A stretch of 64,000 nt of DNA. It comes from Eledone cirrhosa (Eukaryota). The stretch lies in assembly GCA_964016885.1 (NCBI GenBank), contig OZ024741.1, positions 392,212,001 through 392,276,000 on the forward strand, given 5' to 3'. A program made the position numbers and the translations under genes. This document shows positions 53,205 to 64,000 of this stretch, one piece after another (within the stretch, counting starts at the first letter, position 1; each line of letters opens with the position of its first letter). The notes below the pieces were generated by a model that ran no database searches, was not told the origin of the DNA, and saw only the letters and a list, made by a program, of their open reading frames with translations.

Positions 53205-55915
53205 GTCAGTCAATCATATTGGTGGTCTCCCCACAGCCCCGGCAGACAGAATAGAGAAGGCGTTTCTCCGGAGGACGGGAAGGGAGACGCGCTGGAAAAC
53301 CACTCCAGCTTGCGAGGCTCACACCTGCGACTGGCCAGCTCAGCACCTATGGTGGTGAGTAGGTAAGTAGCCCTAGGGCAAAGGACACCAGAAGTCTCCA
53401 CTGCCAAGGGTACAACCACAAACCTGTCGGAGAGTGACTGGTATTTGAAGAGTTTGGCCTCCTCAGCCCAACATGCAGCAGAACCTGGGTTAGTCGCAGA
53501 CTGCACCAGGCTGTGGCTACAGAAGGTGTCGGTGCAAGTAGCATCCCAGATGAGGGGTTTGCCACAGTGGAACGGGAAGATGGTCATGCCAGCTGGCCGT
53601 TTGCCGTCCCCTCGGTCCAGCCCCACTGGCTCGAGCTGGGAAGGGAAGCCTGCAGCATCCAAGCCATGCTTTATGACCTCGTTTAGAGTACCATGGCGTG
53701 GAAGGCAGCCGGCACTGTGGCGACAGGAAAGCGGGTGGAGGCCGAAAGAGTCCACGGTGGATCCACAGCGACATTGGTGTGGCTCGCAGATCCGGAGGCC
53801 AAGCCTCAAGGAAACGCTGATGCACAGGCTATTGTTGTCTAGCTGCATGCCAGTGGAGAAGGAGGGCAAGGCATGGAGCCAGGCACCACCGTGGGGTTTG
53901 GAGATCGCATGAAAACAGGCAAGGCGGTGCTGGCACGTGAGCCTGTTTGAAGCCAGGCTGCACTGGATGGCATCCCAAATGTTTTGGGGTGGACTTGACG
54001 TCAGCAGGGGGAGGAGGAGGGATGTCTACTGGGCTAAGTCTCAGCTGGTCCCACGTCTCACAGGTGGCTTCATGTTCCCTGATCACAGAGGGTTCCATTG
54101 TGTTTTGGAGAACCCTGCTGACGAGGACGCGGCATGAGGTTACCGACGAAAGAAACGCCGGCAAAGCCAGTGAGATCAGAGACCGGAGGCCAAAGTCACC
54201 ATACCTGACAGGTAAAGTGGCCTGTTAGTCATCCAATGTCGTCAAACCTGACGTTGCATATCTCCTCGGCTGCTGCTCGAATACAAGTATCGAGGTCAGT
54301 GAGGAGAGATGCGTGGGTGTAGCACGGAGTGCTGTGAAGGCTATAGAGGAGCTCCAGCATGGTGAAGCAGTTCCTCAACAGGAACAGTGCTGGGTGGCCA
54401 TCAATCAAGCCCAGTTGGCTCGTGAGGGTCATGAGTTGCTGGAGTCTGGATCTGATGGTGGAGCGGATGGCTGGTGGGTGGATCAGTGACCCAAGGATGA
54501 GGACATCCTCTTTTACGGTCACCTGTACCTGGTGGAGAATGGACCGCACGTCCGAAGTGGAGGCTGCAAAGCTCTCAGCATCGTCGCTGACATTCACCAC
54601 CTCCGACTTGGACGAGTTGACCTGGAGGTCTCCCGCCAGGGCAGGAATCACTGATTGTAGGTCATGGCAGACAGTCTCTACGGGCCTGCCAACGTAACAT
54701 CATCCAGATACCAAACGTTGTGAGGAGCTGTGATACTTTGGGCAATCTAGTCTATACCAAGGGCAAACAGGAGGGGGCCCAAAGGGTCACCCAGTTGGAC
54801 TCCAGTGGCCGAAGGTATGACCGTATCAGCAGCAAGGATCATGCTCGGGGCTGCATACAACAGGTAGGCCAGAGGGTAGCAGAGGGGGCTCGGCTGAGGC
54901 AAGCATCGAGCAGATGGTCCCGGCGTATGCTGTTAAAGGCATTCCTTATGTCAAGCTTGACAATGAGGTGCCTGGATGCCGGTTCTGGTGGGCAGCTGTT
55001 GAAGAACTGCTTGATTGCATGTGCGGCCCCCTCACAGCCACTGGACACGCCGACACCCAGTTGCACTGGACTGAACTCCTCACCCAGTTCTGGTGTTATG
55101 GACCTGCAGACCACCTTGGCAGCCAGCCTCCAGAAGACATTGCCCACAGTGATGGGGCGTATGCCACCCCCTTTCTTCCTGAGTGGTCAGGCTAGCCGAA
55201 AAAAAGAGGCCTTGGGCGTGAGGATCCAGGGCGCCATGGATAAGCCTATAAGCTGGTGAGTGCCACACTTGCACTCAGAAGGGGGCGCCCGGCCTCAGTG
55301 GAGAGTGGGGATAGCAACTCCTTGAGGTGGCCAGGTTGGAGACCATCAGCACCTCCGCTGCTGCTATCTGGGAAGGACTTGATGGCGGACATGATGTCTG
55401 CGTCGGAAGCCACAAGGAGCAAGTAGGGATTGGTTGGGGGTATGGGTCTGAGATCTTGGGTGAATCAGGGTGCTTGAGTCACAGGGCATCCAGGACCTCC
55501 TCGATGGGTTGGAGGACAGTGTCCTCCGAGGCAACCACTCTGACTGCCGCCGAGACATCACCCATGATTAATTTGGCATTTACGCGGTCACGCAAATTCT
55601 TGGCACTGGCCTCAGGGGTGGAGGATTGGGGGGGGCACCTGAGAGTGGGTGTGTGGCGCCCTTGGGCATGCTTGGAATGGGCGCTTGCCCAAAGGACGAA
55701 ACATTGGCCTTGATAAAGGCTGCCGTCGACCAGCCGCCTCGGTCAGCGCCAGTGCTGGGGAGGCCGAGGGTGAGTGGGACAAAATAGAAGAGTCACTCCC
55801 AGTCGCTGGCTCAATTGGAGTCCAGGGTGCTCTGAATCGAGGAAGTAAGGGCATCGGCTACCGGCACCCAGGTCGCTCTAAGGATCCTGAGTGGGATCTT
55901 CCATAACACCTTGCT
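53205..55915 (-). mobile_element. CRE-like non-LTR retrotransposon (RT plus restriction-like endonuclease), frameshifted
   Basis: PITVGNVFWRLAAK...QLGVGVSSGCEGAAHA...KLDIRNAFNSIRR, GVQLGDPLGPLLF, VWYLDD, CCHC knuckle CRCG..GLHPLSC, RH...E...KRP(A)G...WDATC. Visibly GC-rich. Confidence 0.85.
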
Positions 55916-56259
55916 GACAAGGTGACTATGAGGGAAGGTAAATAGTTTAAAATAGTCTGTTGCCAAATATAACTGAATTGATTGTTTACACAGGTTATTT
56001 TAACTGCAAAAGCAATGTTTTAATGATGCTGGATTGAATGAGAGATAAAATGGAAAGTGTGTGAGGTGCTGGAAAGTCTGGTCATTTTAGATAGACTGTA
56101 ATAAATAGTAAGTAATGTGCCAGCCAACACAAGCTAGTTATTAGTGACAAACACAAGATGGAACAAGATATTCAAGAAAATATGGAGACGGAAGGTTTGA
56201 AAGCTAAAAGACGGCTTTTCAGTTGAATATAGGTTTGGAAAAAATTTGAAAAAAATCTA

Positions 56260-56790
56260 ACTTTGCTCACGATTTATGTCCCATAGGTTCGTCATGACCA
56301 AACTACAAAAGATGCTTTCTATGATGATCTCCTCATGGTACTATCTTGAGATGAAGATCAGGAGTTCCTGTTGCTGCATGGGTACTGGAATGACCACATT
56401 GGACAATATGCTGATGGCTACGAGGGTGTGCATAGTGGTTTTGGATAGGGAGAGCCCCATGCTGAAGGTGAATGGTTGCTTGAGTTTGCAGTTTTGCTAA
56501 TTTATTCTTCTGTAAGTGGGAGAGTCATCTTATAACTTATAATTCAAGTGGAAACCTTAGTCAAATTGATTTCATCCTAGTATGGAAGAGAGACTTATGG
56601 GCAGTCAAAGATGCTAAAATAATTCCAGGAGAGGAATGTGTGCAGCAGCACAAGCTTTTAACCTGCGGCCTTAGCCTGAAGTTTGAAAAGCCATTTCTTA
56701 AACCCTTAATACCAAAAAGAAGAATATAGAAGCTCAAAGACCCACTTGTCTGTGCTAAGTTTGATAAGCTTCTATCTGCCTGGCTAGGTA
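56260..56790 (+). mobile_element. RTE-type APE endonuclease fragment
   Basis: IYVP, WNDHIG, ITYNSSGNLSQIDFILV, EECVQQHKLL remnants. Confidence 0.75.
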
Positions 56791-56794
56791 ATTG

Positions 56795-59217
56795 CTAATT
56801 GCCTTATCACCCCAACAAGAAACTGGTATGACATATCTATTTCTACTGTGAAAGTTGGGGACCTGACTATCACTATCGTCTATGAGCCTCCTCTCTTCAT
56901 GAAGCTATACCACAGACAACTTGACTGGGGAACAGTTGGAGACATGCACCAGTGACCACTATCTTCTCGATGATGCCAAACAACCTGGCACATTCCATTC
57001 TAGTCGCTGGAAGGATTACAACCCAGACCTCTACCACCTCTTCAAATCCTGTTCAGGCTTCTTGCGAGATACTCCCTCACTTCCCCCACAGCTAACAGAC
57101 CAGCTATGATACACATCGGCATTGAGATTCCTGTAGCATAATCCAAGCCACTACAATAGTGAACATTCTGGAAGGCTGACAGGGAATCCATCAGCTCAGA
57201 GGTAGAGGAACAAATCATCAACTTGGAACCTGTTCCCAAGAATTATACTTCATTCTGTAAGATTCTGAAGGATGCTGCCAAGAATCATATCCCGCAAGAT
57301 TTCTGTCAATCTTTCACTCCATGTTGGCTCCTAGAATCTGAAGCACTTGTCAAGAGCTATGAAACCTCAGGTGATCTAGACATTGCTACGGAACACTTAG
57401 ACTCTCTTGTCTCAGCTAGATGGACATGATGGCAAGAATCAGTGGAGAGTTGGATTATACTCACTCTATTAGGAAAGCATGGAATCTCCTTAGGTGACTT
57501 GGTGCAGCATCTCCCATTCAGCACTTGCCACAAAAAGTAACTACTAATGCAGTTGCATCATGTCTACTTCTCAACTCTAATGTACCTTCAACCAAAGAAG
57601 CACACCAAGAAGTCCATAAGAATCTCTCAGCAGCCTACTCATCTTCACCAAGGATACCCACTTGCTAAATTTTACGCCATAAGTAAGATAGATACTGACT
57701 TTTTATCCACCAAAGAAGGCAAGGAAGCAGGAATCATTGACATTATATCCTGAATTCCTTAAGAATCTTGGTCCAATTGTCCATGACTGGCTGGCTTCAC
57801 TCTTCACAGTCATCCACTCAACTGGAGTTATCTCAACGATCTGGAGAGAAGCCAAGGTCATTTCCATCCTGAAAGCTGGGAAACCTGCAGACGATCTGCA
57901 AGCTACCAGTCAATCTCTCTCCTCTGTACCTCTTACAAGCTATTTGAACAGCTCCTCTTGGTTAGGCTTGGTCCTTTAGTAGAACCAACCCTGCTTAAAT
58001 AACAAGCAAGCTTCAGACTACAAAGGAGTTGCACTGATCAAGTATTTGCCCTTACTACCTTCATCAAGGCTGGCTACCAATGAGGTCTCAATACGGGATG
58101 CTCTGATTGATCTCTTTTTTGCATATATACTGTATGAAGAGGCGGCCTCCTCCTGAAGGCCTGTCGTATCATCAAGTACCAGGCAACTGTGAACATCCTT
58201 GCCTCTATACTCAGTAACAGAAGATTCAGAGTGTCACTAGGAGGTCAAACAAATTCATCTAGAACCCTGAATGATGGCCTTCCCCAAGGTTCCCTCCTAG
58301 CACCAATGCTCTTTAACATCTACATGACTGATATGACCAGGAAAACTTCAGCTTCCATCTCAGCATCAGACAAACTTGGTGTAACATTGGTTTGTAGCCT
58401 GACCTATCAAGAGCATCTAAAGAGGGTTGCCGGAAAGCTCAAGACCAGGATTAATATCATCTGCAAGTTAGCAGAAAATAGCTGGAGGCCTGATGTACAT
58501 ACATTCTGAACTGTGTGCTTAGCACTTTCATACTCAGTTGCAGAATACTGTTCATCCGTTTGGGTAGGTAGCTGCCATGCAAAGCAAGTTGGCACCATCC
58601 TCAACTCATCAATGAGAATAGTATCTGGCACACTGAAATCTACACCTACTCAGTGGCTGCCTACCCTTTCTCATATAGCTCCTTCTCACATGTGGTGTCA
58701 GATCATCCATGAAGCAGCACCTCTTACCAAATCCAAGCCCAACCTTCCCACCCATGAAGACCTGGAAAACCTTCACAATATGTGCTTGAAATCACACAAA
58801 CCATTCTGGGAATCAATGAAGACTCTTCAAAACAATAACCTTGATTTGAAGAAAGAGTGGTGAAGATCACGGAATGAGTCCAAATTTGCCAATCAAGACC
58901 TCTTCCAGGATCCAACATCAAAACCAACTGGTTTCGACCATCCTAGAAAGCAATGGGTGTCCTTTAATTGATCCACACAACACATGCTAGGACAGCCCAT
59001 CATCTCCATCGATGGAAAATGAAAGACAGCCTAGCATGTGACTATGGGGAACCTGACTAAACAGTGTTGCATGTTGTTCAGCATTGTCCCCTCAGATGTT
59101 TTTACTGTGGCCTGAAGGCAATCCATAATAATACAAATGATGCTTTTGTCTAGCTCACCAATCGCGATCTACCTTTCTAACTATTGTGCATATGCCACAT
59201 GACAAGAAGAAGAAAAA
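56795..59217 (+). mobile_element. Decayed Ingi/Vingi-like (I/Jockey group) LINE
   Basis: TFHSSRWKDYNPDL, YPEFLKNLG...WREAKVISILKAGKP, GLPQGSLLAPMLFNIY, LGVTL..LTYQEHL, LALSYSVAEYC..VW, TLKSTPTQWLPTLSHIAP, C-terminal Cys/His knuckle, (AAG)n tail. Clade name is from motif recall. Confidence 0.75.
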
Positions 59218-59219
59218 GT

Positions 59220-60646
59220 ACTATGGTGGGCAATAAGGAAGCTTGGTATAAATCAGTTGTCCAGCTTGTGCAATCTATGTATGTAAAATGCAAGTGGGCA
59301 ACCAATATAGCGACTTCTTCAGTGTTGAAGTTGGTGTACATCAAGAGTCTGCGTTGAGCCCATTGCTCTTCATTATTGTGGTGGCTTTCTTCCATGAGTT
59401 CTGAAATGGATGCCCATGGGAACTATTGTTTGCAGATGACTTTGTCATTGAAAACCTGGATACACTCCTGGCAAAACTATTAGTCAGGAAGTCAAATCTG
59501 GATTAAAAGGGTCTGTGGGTCAACATGAAGAAGACAAAAATTATTGTCTATGACTCCTACCTGGGCAAGCTGAATGAAACTAGAAAGTGGCCTTGTGGTG
59601 TTTGTCACTCTGGTGTCAGAAGCAACTCTTCTGTGAGGGATGTGAGCACTGGGTACATAAAAGGTGTAACAGAATTAAAGGCAGATACAGCAGAAACAAG
59701 AGGCAGTATGGTTAATGTCTGTGTTCGATCTGTGCTGTTGTATGGTAGCGAGTGTTGAGCCACCAAAATTGAGGACAAATTGGGTAGATACATCGATGTA
59801 TCAAAATTGTTGACCCTGGTAGATGGAGAAGAGGGCACCCACATAAGACATGGGAAGAGGACACTCACATAAGCCTGGAAGCTGGACTAAAACCTAACTC
59901 TGAAGAAATGATTTGAAAGAGGCTACCAAAATGTCCAATGCTTGTGACATGTAAAGAAGACATTAAACCAAATGATGATAGTGGCAAGAGTTGGATAACA
60001 GGTAGACTAATAGGAAGAGAAGACTTTGTATGTAAAAGATCCCCTGGGGTAATCAAGGAGAAGAGTGTTGATGATATAAATCTTTTCCAATTGCATGTAG
60101 GATGTCTCGAAGTGGTTAATAGCTTCTATCTCGGTGACCTAATTAGCAGCAGAAGAGGGTACTCTGAGAGCATAATAACTAGAATAATGATAGCGTGGAA
60201 GAAATTTAGAGAGTGACTCCCACTGTTAACAACAAAAGGTTTCTCCCTACATGATGTCAGTGTGTGAAGTGCAATGCTGCATGATAATGAAACATGGGCA
60301 GTGACTGCAGAAGACATGTAGGCTGGAGAGAAATGAAGTAGCCTTGCTTCATTGGATGTGCAACGTAAATGTAAGAGAAAGGCAGAGCTTGAATGAGTTG
60401 AGGAAGAAACTGGGTTTAAGAGGAATCTGAAGTGGGTGAAGAGGTGCCAGGAAACATGAGTGGTAGTAAGCTGCAATAGAGGTAGACCAAGGAAGACCTG
60501 GGCAGAGGTTGTGAGAGCTGACCTCAAATCACTGAAACTCACAGAAGAGTTGATGAAAGGATGCAACAAGTAAGATTTGCTGTATTGAGAAGGACCTGTC
60601 CAAATTATGCAAGCAGGGAAAAAGAGCCGTAAAAATGATGATGATG
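59220..60646 (+). mobile_element. Decayed RTE LINE 3' part with (GAT)n tail
   Basis: VGVHQESALSPLLF, CPWELLFADD, KWPCGVCHSGVRSNS, RIMIAWKKFRE, RGRPRKTW. Tail GCCGTAAAAATGATGATGATGA. Confidence 0.8.
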
Positions 60647-60939
60647 AAATGTTGGGGTTAATATTTTTGCAAATTTGAAGGTTGAAATTAGAATTACAAT
60701 TGCTATTTCACTTGTATAAAATATCTGATTCTTCCTATACCTGGCAACCATTCAATAGGAATATTAACTACGTCATAGTTACCAGTTTCAGGGGGCATTT
60801 GAAGGCTATGAATACAATCAATACAATCTAAAAGACTAAAAAAATAAACAAAAATAGTGCCAATAATCTAATCTGCTGACTACTCAGATCTCATACCTCT
60901 ATATAGGGATTGGATGTAGTTATTTTAGAATATTTAATG

Positions 60940-61172
60940 CTTCAGACACATGTATTCGTAATATAATATTTAGGTAGAATCAGCATGATACAGTGTATAA
61001 AAAATCTGGCTTTTGAATTACAGGTACAGTCAATCAGATGACTTTCCAATCACTTTTCTGTCTACTCAATCTCAGTGAAAGTTTGGGATAATATATGACT
61101 ATGGTATCAGATGCCATGCAGTGGGATTGAACCTGAGCTTCATGATTGTCAAGCTGCCTTCTTAACCACATG
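60940..61172 (-). mobile_element. Decayed tRNA-derived SINE (same family as 27951-28231)
   Basis: B-box-like AGGTTCAATCCC on minus strand. Shared AGATGCCATGCA.TGGGATTGAACC segment. Confidence 0.5.
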
Positions 61173-62457
61173 AATTGTCATACACTAGCTATCACAAATA
61201 GTTTGATCCTGATCTACTGGTAATCATTATCACCAGTTAATGTCTATTTTCCATGTTTGCACAGGTTAGATGGGTTGTTGTGTGTCAGGTCTGCTTGTAT
61301 GGCTTGTTTGGCTTGGTTTCTATGGCTGAATGCTGTTCCTAATGTCAATAACTTTACAGCATGTACTAGGAGCATGTTTTCTACAGCTGGATGCCCTTCC
61401 TAATGCCAATCACTTTGTTGTGTGTACGGAAAGCATGTTATTGTAACTCTGGCATTATGACCTCACAGGGTAAGCTGGGAGCTTTTCATTGTGACACCAG
61501 TAGTACCATCTTACAAGATAAGTGCATCTTCCTGTAGCCTTCTTTCTACTTTTAGAAAATTTGACATCAACATGGAAGCTAAGAAAGCACTGATTATGTA
61601 TGCAATAGTTCTGGTCTCTACAACACTGGAATATACTTAGCAGCTGAAAAAAAAAAAAAAATTACAAGATTGGACAAAATAATTTCTAAACAACTTTTTA
61701 ATCAGTTTGTCTTGACTTTTAGTTGTTAGAATATTACAGTTGTGTAAGATATTGTGTAACAAGTCAAACAACGAAAGTTTATTTGGTACATTTCCAAAGA
61801 AACAGCCAACTCATGGAATAAAATGTTTGTAAAGAAATGTTTCATAAGTTTACAAGTTAGAGTGTGACAAAATATATTCTTAATTTCTTTGTTGTCCATC
61901 CTTACTTCATTTTGGAAGGGAATGGATGGTGGTTGAAGAGAAAGTGAAGAAATGTTTTTATGGAAACAAAGAAAGAGAGTGAAAATAATTATTTCTTAAT
62001 TAGGCAAGAAATGTTAAAGGTACAAAGAAGGGGAAATGGAGAGTTGTAACATTTGTACCTTTCACTCGGGGCATTCTCAAAAATAAGTGAAGCTGTTCTA
62101 ATTGAAACCAAGTTTCAAACTCAGTTTCCCAGAAGTAACTGCTGTATTATAATGGCTGCAGCCATAAGGAATTAAAATGATATCACAAGTGCAGTTTTGT
62201 TTTATTTCACCACAATTTATCAATTGTGGTACAAAAACATAGGAACCATTGAGTAGTTATATATTAATTATAATAGACCATCGTGTTTAAAGAAATATAG
62301 ATAACTTTATTTCTAGTTGTTAACCTATTCTAAGAAAACCTACTATTGAAAAATATATATCACACTATCAAATCAGTATTGAGCTATTACTTAGTTTATA
62401 TCTATGCAATCTGCCAAAATGTCATTTTCTTAATTAATACTTTAATATCACAATTAG

Positions 62458-62810
<353 letters not shown>

Positions 62811-64000
62811 CTTATAAACAACTAGTATTTTGGTAGAAAAAAAAGTCCAGAAAACATGCAATAAGTTAGGGGAAAAAAATCAATTTTTAAAATCTTTATT
62901 TTTGTTTTTCATTTTTGAAAAGGACAAAAGCTGGACCTGAGAACTTACAAACTGGATTCAGAAGTTCTCCGTTTCAAACTTCATAAATGGAAAATCAGGG
63001 TAAAAGTTTTAAATATCAAATTATAGCAATATCTCCATTTTTCTGGATTTTTTTATTTTTATTTTCCATATAGTTCAAAAAATACTTATAAAAATCTATC
63101 ATAAGAAAATTTGGTGGGTTTGTTTATTTTTCAACAATATTTCATTTCTTTCTTTGATTTATATCTGTATTGACACGTGCAGAAATTTGTTTTGTTTAAT
63201 TTAAGAAAAGAGTAAGGTCCAAGAAAGGTAAGGACTAAAATCTCAAAGAAATTTGCAATTAAGAAGGATGGGAGGGGGGGGGGGCGCTTGAATCAGAAGA
63301 ATCAAAGTGGTTAAGTATTGTTATCAAACACAAAAATTAAAATACATGTATATATTTGCATTTTCTTTTAAGGTATGTTTGGCCACAGTTCTGCTTTATA
63401 GTCTCCATGATGAATAGCTGGAGACAGATCCACATGTACATTTAAAGCTACTTCCAGAATACCAGACCTCATATATTCAAACACAAATACACACAAACTT
63501 ACAGAGGCAGCTCTGAAATGTTCTATTTGTGGATATAATTGTTGTAATTGTTTCAGAAATTGTCTGTTGTCAAAATACTTTTATCTTTGTCTTATAAAAT
63601 TCAGATGGTATCTGTGGTCCATCATTAGGGTAAGAACAGCTCTTGACCTGTAGTTGATAGACTACCTAACATCAATCACAGTTAAATGGATCAGCTCTGT
63701 TTTCAGCTAGAAGCTTCATCTTCATACTGTTTCCTAAAGCAATCACCAACTGGGAAAAAGTCCCAGCAGCGCTGTTGATACATTTCCCAAACATAGGTTT
63801 CCTGGAACATAAAAAAGACCAATTTCACAATATATTAAAGCATATAATTAAAACAATAATTTCTAGAAAAATGCAATTTGATGAAATATATATCCAGATA
63901 AATCTTATAGCAGACATTGAGACCATGACCGTCCTATCATCCAATATGTTTTTCTGTTTTCCAGGACTACATTATCCAATGTCCTTTCTTTTTAAAGACA

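Noticed and set aside
63600-64000. Possible CR1/L2 3' remnant and SINE tail at window end
   Set aside because: Too degenerate to support from sequence alone.

Overview
Eukaryotic, repeat-rich genomic DNA. The SINE/RTE repertoire and (TA)n density resemble an octopus/coleoid genome, which is inference only. Bases 1-27891 are an uninterrupted array of a 74-bp satellite (~377 copies, continuing off the left edge) with several nested higher-order periodicities. The only host gene is the 3' half of a DHDH-like Gfo/Idh/MocA dehydrogenase on +, with four phase-compatible exons (30861-31110, 44877-45001, 45329-45479, 46810-46910). Its 5' exons are not visible, so the satellite probably lies inside one of its introns. 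The rest is decayed mobile DNA: a mariner, tRNA-derived SINEs, several RTE LINEs, Penelope-like RT and GIY-YIG remnants, a GC-rich CRE-like element, an Ingi/Vingi-like LINE, MITEs and microsatellites. The most notable unannotated signal is a complete type I hammerhead ribozyme fold on the minus strand at 36156-36226, downstream of the Penelope-like endonuclease remnant, with a second degenerate one at 42036-42086. The hundreds of ~63-aa ORFs in the satellite are artefacts.
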